DNA from: Azolla caroliniana
Lineage: Eukaryota > Plantae > Polypodiophyta
DNA length: 64,000 bases
Reading direction: 5' to 3'
Assembly: GCA_043228905.1 (NCBI GenBank)
Contig: JBHGNT010000008.1
Location: forward strand, 17,236,001-17,300,000
Shown: piece by piece, positions 49,336 to 64,000 of the stretch
How positions within the stretch are numbered: position 1 is the stretch's first letter
Layout: each line of letters opens with the position of its first letter
Position numbers and translations under genes: made by a program
Notes under the pieces: model-generated
The model's input: only the letters and a program-made list of their open reading frames with translations
Database searches by the model: none
What the model was told of the DNA's origin: nothing

Positions 49336-50496
49336 ATGTCGACGTAACATGGGCACAAACACAGAATAGACGGAGACACAAACACAAGCACAAAAGCAGG
49401 AGAGGCACACGAAGGTTACGAACCGAGAGACGTGCTGACGTAACACGGACAGAAACATAGACAAGCACGGGCGTGAGCCGGGGGACACAGAGAGGGAGAG
49501 GCACGCTAAGCTCTCGTGAACTGAACGGGAAATGGCCAGGACACGGGTGGCCGTGGCCGGAAAGAAGGAGACATGAGAAGGAAAAGGAGGTTAGTTATAT
49601 ATTGTATTGAAGAGAACAAAACAGGGTCAAAAAAAAAATTCCCCTTCTTCTTCTTCTTCTTCATTTTCCTTCTTCTCTCTTCTTCATTCTCCTTCCCTCT
49701 TCTTCTTCCTTCTTCCCTTCCTTTTTGCTTCTTCTTCTTTACCGATCTATCTCTCTCTCTCTCTCTCTCTCTGCTTTGGATTCAGACCTGTTAAGAAGGC
49801 AGGGAAAGGCAGGAGGAAGACAGAAGACAGAAGACGAGGAAGAAAAGAAGGGCTAGACAGACGAAAACGTGTGAAAGCATCATCGAGAGACAAAGACAAG
49901 GGAGAGAATCCACACACCCCCCCCATCCCCCACTGGTCTGGTCTGTGTGCTCCAATCCTAAGGTGCTCTGTTCTTCTTCTTCTTCCTCCTCTTCTTCCTT
50001 CCATCTTTCCTTCATTCATTGTCTTTGATCTTTCTTTCTCTTTCTTTTCCGTTTTCTTCCTTTTGTTCCTTTCGCTCTAGGGTTTTTTTTTCCCTTTTTC
50101 TTGTCTTGTATTGTCTTGCCCTCTCTGTACCGACTTTGCGGTTATGCCTGCTCCATCTCCCTACAACAAAAGATCTGTTTCCTCCGATTTTAGGGTGTTC
50201 TGCAACCCCATTTTCCTCTCAGTCTTATTGTTGTTGTTGCTGCTGCTACCATTTCTATTTTTGTTCAGATTAGAGTTTCTGACCTCCTTGCATCATCGTT
50301 TTCATGAACGGGCTGCCATGGTTTCATCATCACCATCACCACTACGGCCATCATCTTCATCATCATCATCATCATCATCATCTTCATCATCATCATCATC
50401 TTCATCTTATTGTAGAGGAAGCTTTGTAATTTGTTTCATTCATTACCTAATTTCATCATCCTTAGCAGGAAAACAAGAACGCCGTGTCTTCATCAG

Positions 50497-52275
50497 ATGC
50501 AGGAAGAAAGGATAGCATTATTTCATCATCATCAACTTCATCATGGAAATCCTCAGAGAAATGGTGTAATGGATATTAAAGCAGAGTATGAAGGTGCACA
50601 TAATTTGGAAGGGAAACCAGAGTTTGAGGAAGAATTTGGGGTGTTTGATGCAAATGCTATGCTAGAAGAACATCATTCACACATTGAAGGGCATCATCCG
50701 CAGAGAGAAGGGCACCATCCACATATCGAAGAACATGATTCACATATGCAAGGACACAATTCACATATACAAGTGCATCATCAACATATACAAGGTCACC
50801 ACCCACATATACAAGGGAATCATTCACATATGGATGCCCATCATCATCATTCACATATGGATGTGCATCATCATTCACACATAGATGGCCATGATTCACA
50901 CATACAAGGGCCTCATTCATACATAGAAGGGCATCATCCACATATAGAAGAACACGACACACACATAGATGGACATCACCATTCACACCTAGAAGGTGAC
51001 CTAGATGGGCACAATCATTCACACCTAGAAGATGACATAGATGGGCACCTTCATTCCCACCTAGAGGGCGGCATAGATGGACATCATCATTCACAACTAT
51101 TAGAGATGACCCAATTGGAAGAAGAGGAAGACTTGGAAGACACCAAAGTAAAGAAGGAAGAAGAGGGGGCTCTCGTTGTGGACCAAGCCATTGTAGTAGT
51201 GACAAAGAATGCACAACGAAGGCTATGGAAGAAAGACCGATCACAAGCATGGTGGGATCGATGCAATGAGCCCGATTTTCCAGAGCCTGAGTTTCATCAA
51301 GCTTTCCGAATGAGTAAAGCTACTTTTGATCATCTTTGCGATGAGATAGGTCATGCTGTGGCAAAAGAAGACACCATGTTAAGGCAAGCTATTCCCGTTC
51401 GTCAACGTGTGGCTGTTTGTATATGGCGCTTGGCATCGGGAGAGCCCCTAAGACTCCTTTCGAAGAGATTTGGTCTTGGTATTTCCACTTGCCATAAACT
51501 TGTTATCGAGGTTTGCACAGCTATTAATGATGTTTTACTTCCTAAGTATATATGTTGGCCATCTCACGAGCATTCGCAAGCTATTCGGGAAGATTTTGAA
51601 AGGATCACGGGCATACCCGATGTTGTAGGGGCTATTTACACCACCCACATGCCCATCATTGCTCCTAAGGTGAATGTGACCTCATATTTCAACCGAAGTC
51701 ACACCGAGAGGACTCAAAAGACTTCATATTCTCTTACCTTACAAGGCGTAGTGGATGCTCACGGTTTGTTCACTGATGTATGCATCGGGTGGCCAGGGTC
51801 ATTTTCAGATGAACTTGTGCTCGAGAAGTCAGCCCTATATGAAAGGGGACTTGCAGGTTTTTTTCAAAATGATTGGATAGTAGGTGGCCCAAGTTCCCCG
51901 CCTTTGGATTGGTTGCTAACACCCTATGTAGACGGACACCTTACTTGGGCACAACACGCATTCAATGAGCGTATTGAAGAAGCGCTCAAAGTGGCTAGGA
52001 GTGCGTTTAGTAGGCTCAAAGGGAGATGGCAGTACTTGACTAAAAGGGCCGAGATTAAGGTGCAAGAGCTACCAACTATTCTTGGAGCTTGTTGTGTGCT
52101 GCATAACTTGTGTGAGAAGCTTGATGAGCCTTTTGATCCTGATCTTTACATGATTATTCAAGATGATTTGACCGTGTGTGAACATCTCCCTTGGTCGAGG
52201 ATGTCATTGGAAAGACGTGATCAGATCGCCCACAATTTGATGCATAGCATGCATTCTGGCATGGCATCCCTTTGA
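50497..52275 (+). CDS. Harbinger/PIF transposase-derived protein (HARBI1/ALP1 superfamily, resembling Arabidopsis At5g12010/At4g29780) with His-rich N-terminal repeats, 592 aa
   Basis: Intact single ORF with RRLWKKDRSQAWW, FRMSKATFDHLC, IPVRQRVAVCIWRLASGEPLR, FGLGISTCHK, FTDVCIGWPGS, RLKGRW and ACCVLHNLCE. No TIRs or partner Myb/SANT ORF seen. The start may extend upstream by splicing. Confidence 0.9.
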   Translation: MQEERIALFHHHQLHHGNPQRNGVMDIKAEYEGAHNLEGKPEFEEEFGVFDANAMLEEHHSHIEGHHPQREGHHPHIEEHDSHMQGHNSHIQVHHQHIQGHHPHIQGNHSHMDAHHHHSHMDVHHHSHIDGHDSHIQGPHSYIEGHHPHIEEHDTHIDGHHHSHLEGDLDGHNHSHLEDDIDGHLHSHLEGGIDGHHHSQLLEMTQLEEEEDLEDTKVKKEEEGALVVDQAIVVVTKNAQRRLWKKDRSQAWWDRCNEPDFPEPEFHQAFRMSKATFDHLCDEIGHAVAKEDTMLRQAIPVRQRVAVCIWRLASGEPLRLLSKRFGLGISTCHKLVIEVCTAINDVLLPKYICWPSHEHSQAIREDFERITGIPDVVGAIYTTHMPIIAPKVNVTSYFNRSHTERTQKTSYSLTLQGVVDAHGLFTDVCIGWPGSFSDELVLEKSALYERGLAGFFQNDWIVGGPSSPPLDWLLTPYVDGHLTWAQHAFNERIEEALKVARSAFSRLKGRWQYLTKRAEIKVQELPTILGACCVLHNLCEKLDEPFDPDLYMIIQDDLTVCEHLPWSRMSLERRDQIAHNLMHSMHSGMASL

Positions 52276-54483
52276 CCAACAAATTTTTAGTGTACCTGTC
52301 AGAGAAGATGCTGACTTCTAATTGAACTTTTGGAATACATAAAAAAGAGGCCATTTATTTTCTCGGTTATTTGTATATCTAATTTTATCTCATATCAAAT
52401 CTTTGTATGCGTATCTAAGCAAATGAATTGTTGAGGAATTCTAAAGGTCTTCTACTTATAATTCTATCCATGTAAACAATTTTTAAAGCTGAAAGTTGTT
52501 ATCATATGTAATCCAAATACCACCATGCTTGGAATGGATTCATTGAAGGCTCAGATATTTTCAGTAATCTTTGCCTTGGCTTATGGCATGGAAGCAAGTA
52601 AGAGTTGGAAATCATGCAATATCAAGCCTATTGTTTTCTCTTTTCACTATTCATTGGTCACTATCGGCTTTTCACTATTCATTGAGTGACTGATGGCTCA
52701 TGTGAACCTAGCTTATGAGGATTTTTTGTTATCTGATTTATTGACTATTGTATTGTGCATGATTGCAGTTTTCCCTACCATCTATCTCTGTAGAGGCAAG
52801 AGTTTGGTATTTGTGTTTTTGGGTAATGCATGATTTCACTCTTTTTGTACTCTCATATGTTTGGTAGTGTTTACAAGTGCTATGCAAGAGACATCAAAGC
52901 GATCACAGAACACAAAGCTTTAGAAGTACCGGAGAATGTCAACACATCCAATTTGCAAAGCTTTCTTAGATGCTTGACACTGAAAGTGACAACAGTATAT
53001 ACATATGGGCATTGGTATGTTGGAATCAATGTTGCCCTTTGTGAAAACTAGCTTAGTTGCATAACCTTCATAGTTTTCTTTGCAAATGAATTGTTTCATT
53101 AGGACTCTATTATGATTGGACTTTTTTTCCCTAGAGATGCAACATTTTGATGTTTCTATTGTTAGGAAGAAATAATTGGATCATGGTTGGCAAGAAGTAT
53201 ATGCATGTAAAGTTCAATGAAGAGTGATGATATCATAGAGCTAAGTGGAAATTGTGGCCGAAAGAAAGTTATGAATGAATATATGTTTTTATTATGAGAA
53301 ACTTGGTGGATGATGATTTTTCTTCCCTTTTAACCATGTTTTATGAATAATTTGTTAGTAATTATTATAATTGGATATGGATGATAAGCAATTAATGAAA
53401 ATATTAAAGAAAACAATGGTTTAAGGATAACAACACCAACCATCCTCAAGTGAAGGACAAGAGACAAATATGAACCCCATCGGCATTTCATACCATCGAC
53501 AATGGTTATCATATCACACTTTGGATTCATGATGAATATGTATATCTATAACAAGAGTTTTGCCGCATTGATAGAGTCTTAGCAACGTCTATTAGATGTT
53601 GACAGTTGTAATAAAGGAGATAACGAGTTCCCTTTATATATATAGCTCAATTCGTCAGGCCCAGTGTCATGTGTTCACGTGTCACAAGTCCTAGGATAAC
53701 TGGTTTCCCACATATTCTTGGAAATGAAGGTTTGGAAGACCCTTAGAGGGAATCAAAAGTTAGATCGGAAACTCCTAGCCAAGCACAAGATTTTGACATT
53801 ATTAGAACAAAACTAAGAGTAGTTAGGGGATTACATAAAAGGGATCAAATGTTAAAGAACAACTATCTCAACGATGGTTTTATATTCCTTGATGATCATG
53901 GTTACATTGCTTTATCTCATGCTTGGTATTGGGTATATTTTTTCTACTCACAAAATTTTACTCATCAAAAGATCCATGTTATCCCGTATGATGTAATTTC
54001 TTTGGTTGCACAAGTAGTTTTGGCCTCTCAATGCAACATTTCATTTTGTCCTTGAGTTGGGCATGTAAAATAGGATTATTACTAGTTTGACATTTGTTGG
54101 AAACATATGTATATGAAGATGCTAGGATGTGGCCAACCACACATTTTCATTTCACACAATTGAAAATTTCTTCTACGTACACAAAGTTAGATATTGTCGC
54201 ATTAAGAGTCTTGAAGAGAGTAGACAACATTTGCATGTCTTATGCCCCGAAGACCATTGATAATGTGAAGCATATGCTCCTTGCAATTCAATAATGTTTC
54301 TCATCCTCCATCACTAACATTTGGTCAGTGCCATGTCCACAATCCTCATTCTCTAGGTACACTTATAGTTGCTCTCAATTTGAGAATAAAAAGAGACATA
54401 AACGAGAGAATTGAAGCCCAATCCTCTACCATGAGGTGAACATCCATCTTCCATTGATCCATTAGTATGTGTCTCAATTGAGA

Positions 54484-54856
54484 CATACATACAATGCATA
54501 CAACACATGCATACATACACATACATACATACATACATACATACATACATACATACATACATACATACATACGTATGTACATCCATACATACATCCATAC
54601 ATCCATCCATCCATCCATCCATCCATCCATCCATCCATCCATACATACATACATATATACATTCATACATACATACATACATACATACATACATACATAC
54701 ATACATACATACATACATACATACACACACAAACATACATACATACAGTCTACATACATACAGACATACATACATACATACATACATACACTCAGAAACC
54801 TACCTACCTACATACATACATACATACACACACAAACATACATATATACATACATG
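54484..54856. repeat. Compound (TACA)n/(TCCA)n microsatellite
   Basis: Directly visible. Confidence 0.95.
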
Positions 54857-54893
54857 ACATTGTCATTTGGGAAAATTATAGATGTGGAAGGCC

Positions 54894-54901
54894 TAGGGTT
54901 T
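54894..54901 (-). promoter_or_regulatory. Telo-box (AAACCCTA) upstream of the ribosomal protein gene, followed by a pyrimidine-rich leader
   Basis: tagggttt about 115 bp upstream of the RPS14 ATG; telo-boxes are typical of plant ribosomal protein promoters. Confidence 0.65.
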
Positions 54902-55013
54902 CTCCCTCTCCTTTCTCACTCGTCTCCGCTCTTCTTCTTTTTCTTCCTTCCCTCATCTCAGAGACACCGTCTTCGTCTTTTTCCTTCTCCTGCGTTTTCC
55001 GGCTCTGCTAAAC

Positions 55014-57162
<2,149 letters not shown>

Positions 57163-58314
57163 ATGTGTTTCATATGTCAATTTTATTGAGATGTTTTTGA
57201 TGGTATTAAAGGGTTTTTTTAATCACACCTCCTAGAAAAGATTGTTGGTTTGAGATGTATTGTGGTATTCAATGCTGACCTTGGCATTTAGTTTAAAAAC
57301 TTGCTGTTTGCTACTGTTCTACCATTAATTTCAAGAGCATTTTGAGCATTCTTGTCGAATGTTTGTAATCTATTTTAAGTCCATTGAGATGGTGTCTCTT
57401 GACGTATAAATAATCACAACCAAATTGTGAGCAATGTCCACATGTCAAAAGATCCTACTGAATATGTGCAGAGATGGGGGCAAGTGGGATCGCTGCTGCT
57501 GCTTAGTTTTCACCTTCTAGTTTTGTGTGGTCTAGATGATCGATCATACAGGCTGAAGGCATTGGATGGCTGTATTTGCCTTTCATGAGGTGCAGGTGGA
57601 GATTATGTAAAATCTCATTATGTGATAGGGTATGAAAGGTTCTCATGTGAAGACATGATTATATGAGCTTGATGCATAAGAACGCTCTAGGCGGATCATT
57701 GTTTGGGATTGGGATTATTTGATATGTTGGAAAGCTGTGTTTTTACTCTTTGCTTATTAAGAAGTGGTAGGGGATACTCATCCTGTGCGTGATTATAGGT
57801 GCGCCTCTCATTTGCTTGTGTAATGTCCTCATGCCTTACCTTGTCAATACTGAGTGCTTTTGTAATCCTTACTACACAGTCAATTTTTAAATTTGGAGAT
57901 TATCTCAAGGTATATGGGTTCAAAGGTATGATTGTGGGAAAATATGTTTTGACAATTTATTAGTTAATTAGTACAATTAGTACAATTAGTGCATATAGTA
58001 GGATTTGAACATAGGTTCATGGGTTTGAGTGTATAATTGTGCTCGAGAACAAGCCAGACAGTGAAGTGAGCATAGTTCTATGACATGTGCTCATGACGGA
58101 AATGTAGTTGAAGACTTATCACTTCATTCCCAATATACTCAGAAGCTACAAAGAATATTCATTATATAGGATTTGCATATGATCACCTAGTAAGCTTGAT
58201 AACCTTAGTGTCACAAACATTATTGATTGGTATCACAGAATTGTTTGGCTTGGTTGAATTTTATTCGATGTTAGCATGTTATATCATGGCATCTAAAGCA
58301 ATGATTCAAAAGCT

Positions 58315-58502
58315 TGAGGGTACATGAAACAAAAAGTTTTCATGGAGTAGAGAAGTCTTCTCTAGGAAGGAAGTTGAAATGCCACTTACACTTACGTTGG
58401 AATTGTTTTAAAATAATCCAAAAGTTTGAGGGTACTTGAAAAAAGGAGTTTTCGTGGACTAAAGTCTTCATTAGGAAGGAGGTCGAAATGCCACTTACAC
58501 TT
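58315..58502. repeat. Imperfect tandem duplication, period ~110 bp
   Basis: gagggtac...ttttc.tgga...aagtcttc...taggaagga.gt.gaaatgccacttacactt occurs twice. Confidence 0.75.
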
Positions 58503-60790
58503 GCACTTACTTATGATGATCTAGATAGATTATGCGAGCTTGTGGATTTTCTAAAAATACTATTGAAAGGCTTGAATATTCTAGTTACATTTGGAGATTT
58601 TTAGAACATTGTTGAAGAATCCAAAAACTTTTGAAAGAATTAATGATGTTATCTATAGGGATTCAAATGTTTTTGGAAATATTTAAGAATATGCTCCTCT
58701 ATGAGAATGAGCCTTGATGTTCTAGAAAGTTTGAAACTATTGTCGCATACATTTCCTAATGTTTCCTCATACCTAATAGTGATACGGGTTGTGAATTAGA
58801 GTGAGTGATGTGTTGTCAATGTTGGCTTATATTCTTTCATATGATTTCATTATGGACGTATAGTTTCCTAGTTCTCGCATGAGATAAAATGTTTTTGTCA
58901 TTAATCAAGAAATCTTTTATGAAGTGTGACCTCATCTTTCCAAGTACCAATTGATTTTCTAAATCCTACAACTTGATGAAGCGCTTATGATGATCAATGT
59001 AATGAAATTTTACTTCATGTGAATCTAAAACATGTTTCAATTCATGCGGAACATAACTACATGGGATGGGAAGCATCATCCATATCCAAGATAACGTGAC
59101 TAAGAATCTAAGCATAATGGTTATGAATCCTCAAAAACTCTTAACGAGCCGATTAATATAATAAATAGGATCAGTTTTACTATATGAAGGCAAATCCAAC
59201 TTAATGGCCACATCTCCAATTCGTTTACCTCCTAATCTCTACCTAAGAAACTTATGAACTGGAATGGGTCCATCTTAGGTCTCTCTCAATGGACACAAGG
59301 TAGATAGCAACAAACATACTATATTTTACTGAATAACACCATAACTATTGTTGATGTTCTTAACATGAAGCTCGTACCCTTTTGGTTGATAACTAATCGT
59401 AATGACGTCTTGTCAAACCAAAGTGCACCATTATCTTGATCGTTCTTCTTTTTCCAATTCAAAGTTTTGTGATAGGTGATCAAGGTTGAAAAATATACAT
59501 TAACATGAAACTGATAGTAGTTGTACAAATATAATTTGCACCCTTATATGCCAAAGGTGAAATCCAAATTGATCTTTAAAGTCTCCTTATTTTGTTTAAA
59601 ATTCATGTGGAAGCCCGACTTCCAACACTATTAAACAAGTTTCCTCTAGCAAGTTGTTTATAGATTATTTGTTGTACTAAATGGAACCATCTTCTCCAAC
59701 AATTTGAACAACCTTGTTAACCAACACACTTTTTTTTGGGATCATATATAGTGTAAGCGGGCGAGCCATACAAACAACACAATTGATCCATGAAATTACA
59801 TGCTAAATCATGAGTTGCAATTTTACCTCCTATGGAGATAAACTTAGTGACTTTTGTAAGTCAATTGGCAATCACCAAAAATAGCGGCATGACCTTTGCC
59901 ATCTTCAAGAAACTAACAATGACATCTATCAAAATGCTTTCTTGCACCATTGGCAATTTGCCATAGCATTGTCAATGGCAAACATTTCCACAATATTTGT
60001 TTGTTCGTAGTGAAGGAAGAATGGACACAAAAGTATTATTTTCAATGTAAGTGAGACATTATTGTGTTTGTATGACATTACCTCTCTAGCTCAATCATAG
60101 TCACAAACATCACATAATCCAACTAGTTCACGAATTGAAATGTGAATAGCTAAAAGACCATGGATTTGTGGTCAATGCCCGAGTGGACATGTAGTCAAAC
60201 CAACCTACAATATAGATATTGACCCAAATTCGAAACCATCTATGATCAGAAAATGATTATGTAGGCCTAGTTTCAACTTCTCGTCTTTTGAACACAACAC
60301 ATCTTCGGGTAGTAAAACCCTCTTTCATAGAAGTAACCATTTTCCAGCACAAATCAATGGTTGGGATCCACAACTAGCAATTTGAGAGCTTAAGCTCTCG
60401 AGAATAACCCTGAAAGGAAGGAACCCTCGGTTCAAATTGAAGTAACCCATTGTCCCATAACTAGTGATGGGGTCTAGTTTATTGGGAATCGTCTTGAAAG
60501 GAAGGGGACAACGCATTGTCATGTATTTGGTGATCAAGTGAGGCAAGCACAGATGAATGACACAATGATGAACCTTGAGAAGACCAGTTGTGAGTCTTAC
60601 GACCATATATATATGTATGTATATACAAGTGAGTCATGGGGTGGAGGGTAAACATAGGACAGGGCCCATGAACTGCCCGACCGACCGTAAGAGAAGGCAC
60701 GAGACAAAAGCCCATAAGAATGAATCGAGGAGCGGACACCGTGAGTGGTGTATGTGTATGTGTGTCTGGAAAGGTCGAGAAGGTCGGAAA

Positions 60791-60964
60791 CGAGATGGGA
60801 GTGTCCGGACAAGTGTGAAACGGAATCAGGTCCGTTCACGGAAGCCTTTTTTTTTGAATCAAACTTCGACTTTGTACGTAGCACGGCGAGATGGGAGTGT
60901 CCGGACAAGTGTGAAACGGAATTAGGTCCGTTCACGGAAGCCTTTTTTTTTGAATCAAACTTCG
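60791..60964 (+). promoter_or_regulatory. Duplicated 78-bp module in the CKS proximal promoter with AACGG (MSA-core) and TTTGAA (CHR-like) motifs
   Basis: 60791-60868 and 60887-60964 are near-identical; each has gaaacgga, tccgttc and tttgaa. Confidence 0.6.
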
Positions 60965-61054
60965 GCTTGGCACATTCTCTGCTACGTATGTCTTCTCCTC
61001 CCATTTCCTTCTTGTCTGCCTGATCCATTTCTTCTGCAGATCTGATCCTCAGCC

Positions 61055-62936
61055 ATGCCTCAGATCCAGTACTCAGAGAAGTATTGCGATGACATCTATG
61101 AGTACAGGTATTTCTTCCCTTCCCTTTGTCTCTGTATGTTAAGGTTTCTCCCTTTTCAATTCCCAAATGCGCATTTTTTTGTTTTTATTTCTACCATTAC
61201 TTGTCGGTCTATTCTCTGTATTTCTTCTTTTTACGAGAAAAAATATCATGTTTCGATCTTCTCTTCAGAGCACTCTCATTAACTTATTCGAATTGTGTCT
61301 ATTAAGTATAGGTATTTTCTTGTACCTTTACGACATTTTTATATGCCGATAGTAAAAATACGCACATTTCCATAGCTTTTTTACTTAAGGTATTATGCTC
61401 ACAGGACCTTCTGGATCTGGTCTGTAAACTATTTGCATTTCTTACTGATGTATGTGTATGTATGTGTTTATGTTGAGCTTGATTATAATTCAAGCTTTTG
61501 CGATTATTTTACATTTTCTTGTGGATATCAATATCTGATCTTTTTATGTATTAATACACTCTTATGGTGTTCCTTTGAATCGAGTTTATATATATCTCTC
61601 TCCTGTTTTACAAGAATGGTTTGTATATATTTAAAAATACATAAATCTTTGCTTTCGGTTCAGTGTTTATTACGTTCTCTTGTTCTCATCTTAATTCTTC
61701 ACATGTTTTGACATTTTTTTGTAATCCATAACACGTAATTCAGATCTTTATGGAATTTTGCTTCTTTGGTCTCCATAGCTTATAGAATGAGTCATTTAAA
61801 ATTGATTTTGATAGATTAAAATTGGAATTGTAGATTGAGTCTTTAAAATACGTGCAAACGTATGCAAAGCTTAACAAGAACCCAGAATTACCTTCTTTTT
61901 GAAATCATTCCATCCCATTCTAGCAGACAAAAAGTGTAGAGAGCACTTGTAGCTAAACACAATTTAGAAAACGACCGAATGCACATTTTTGTGGATGACC
62001 ATGCTTGAAGCTTTTGGCATCCTTTCTGGAGGTATTTAAAGTCTGATGACATGGCAATGGTTTGTTGAAAGTCAATAGTTTCCATAATGCAATTTACAAT
62101 GGATAGCTAATATTTATCAATGGAAATACGTTTTAAAGAGAATACATTCTATTGTACATTCAATATTATTTAAAGATCATAAACTATACGGAGAGTATAT
62201 CCTGTAAATTGTATATTGTAAAGAAAATCCACTCTGTCAATTCTTACAGGCATGTTGTGTTGACACCGGAAGTCACGAAGTTGCTTCCCAAGGATCGGTT
62301 ACTGTCAGAGGTATGCTTTTTACTGTAACTTCTCTTGTAAATAATCATATTTGTATGGATTTTAATATGTTCTTCAAAGCATTCTATTGTGTTAATATGA
62401 ATTATAATATGTTGTCCAAACCTAGTGTCTTCAGTAAGTGCGACTTATTATTACTGATTTTTATACAATAACATGTGCATGTCATCCATGTGAATTGTTA
62501 CAGGAGTTCAATTTTTTGTAGATGCTCCTACGCATATGTATCAATATATATTGCTCAAGCTACAATGTCTTTATAATAATTATCTTACAATGAATCCAGG
62601 CAGTTTGCCAATTTTTTTCTTGTAAGCGTCACAACTAACTTATACGAATCTAAGCATTTCATTTGAAGTGGTCTTTTAAGTGTCACTAGTATTATGATCA
62701 ATGTTCAGATAGTGAATCCACGATGACTCTAAACAATGTTGTGTTATATTGTTGCATGTTGAAAATAGAATGAATGGCGTGCCATTGGAGTTCAACAATC
62801 ACGGGGGTGGGTTCATTATGCCATTCATAAACCTGAGCCACACATCATGTTGTTTCGGCGTCCCTTGAATTATCAACAAGCGATTACGAATGCCTCTCAG
62901 CCACAACCATCTCAACCTGTTGGAATGAAAGCTTGA
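61055..62936 (+). CDS. CKS1: Cyclin-dependent kinase regulatory subunit (CKS/Suc1), 93 aa, 3 coding exons
   Basis: Exons 61055-61107, 62250-62310 and 62769-62936 (282 nt, GT-AG). They give [75 protein letters not shown].... Confidence 0.96.
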
Positions 62937-64000
62937 TTTCTGTGATAGATTTGCTTGTTTGCTATCATCCCCATCCATTCCTTCTCACACAGCATTTGAG
63001 GCTTTGGGATTTGTAGTGCTTTTGTGCAAAGATAGGTGAGGTATTTGTTTTTTTTCCTTTTTACTCTCTTGTGAATGTAGATCACTTATCTACTTATTTA
63101 GTTTGATCTTGCTTTGTTTGTCTAGACAAAATTATATATCATTTTCTCAATTCATAACTCACTTATGTGAATGCGATTTGGATTCCTTCGAAGTGGTAGT
63201 GGTAGTTAATGGATGAAGGCCATCTAGATGCCATGGACATTATTTTGTACGCAATGGCTGGATTCTAACGTTTAGTTCTCCAAAAGATAATGTTATATGG
63301 AAAATGTGATAGTAAGTATATTGGAAAAATGCTTTTCATGGTTTAACTCGTATGAGAACATGCAAACAGACCATTCCTCATTAATGTAGAGAGACAATAT
63401 GATTTTGTTATTGTCTTGATCCATCTAACAAGATCATAGTATTATAAATTTTGGAAATTGATGATACTTTTCCCTAGAAAATATGGCGTTTTAAATTCTG
63501 TCACAGACTCACAACCCAAAGATTGGAGCAATAGAGGGGATGATTTTGTTATTTTCCTGATCCATCATACAAGAACATGGTACCTAAGCCGATTATTGAG
63601 GAGGTTCATTAAAATATTTGTTGAAAAAGCACGACCTTTTTATGACCTATTTAAACTCTTCAAAACTGCATTTACGACCTATTTAAACAACCATCTTTCC
63701 ATCCCTTACGTGGTAGGAGTTTGCAAAGCTTTGGCTCAAGCTTGAATCGAACACTAAAATGGTTAAACAGTCTTGTGGTTAAAGAGTTCTAGTGTGGGAC
63801 AAAAAATGTTATGGGGAGTAGCATGTTTATAAATGAAATGGTTGTGTTGAGACTAGTTTCATTATCATCCAAGTCTCTTGAAAAGGAGCAAAGGGTGAAA
63901 GTTTGTTGTGAGTACTTCTCATGATCTTGATGTAAATGGTGTCTTGAGTCTTCACTAGGTGGGGTAACTTAGGTTCCCTTATCTTCTTAATTGCTTTTGC

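Noticed and set aside
50497-52275. Active Harbinger DNA transposon
   Set aside because: The catalytic acidic residues are substituted and no TIRs, TAA/TTA TSD or Myb-like second ORF were seen; it fits a domesticated gene.
59290-60300. Decayed Mutator-like transposase on the minus strand
   Set aside because: Faint similarity only; too degenerate to support without a profile search.

Overview
Land-plant nuclear DNA: TTTAGGG telo-boxes, GT-AG introns and plant-type genes; the species cannot be determined from the sequence. About 1-13 kb and 22-45 kb are deeply nested retrotransposon clusters. They contain three Ty1/Copia families (tRNA-iMet PBS), an unusual Ty3/Gypsy lineage (tRNA-Trp PBS, TGTCGTG...CACGACA LTR ends, 4-bp TSDs) and a LINE split by about 16 kb of insertions. 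One Copia copy (30206-34805) is very young but lacks its RT core. Four host genes are well supported: an intronless germin-like protein (14248-14955), a catalytically dead Harbinger-transposase-derived protein with a His-rich N-terminus (50497-52275), 40S ribosomal protein S14 (6 exons) and a CKS cell-cycle subunit (3 exons). A possible plastid-targeted gene starts at about 18.3 kb. The most intriguing signals belong to the Trp-primed Gypsy lineage: its junctions are almost all centred on CpG (NCGN), a GGATTTTTAG slippery-like motif is conserved at the protease/RT boundary, and one member carries a tRNA-Lys-like Pol III box pair in both LTRs. All coordinates and alignments were read by eye; no database searches were run.
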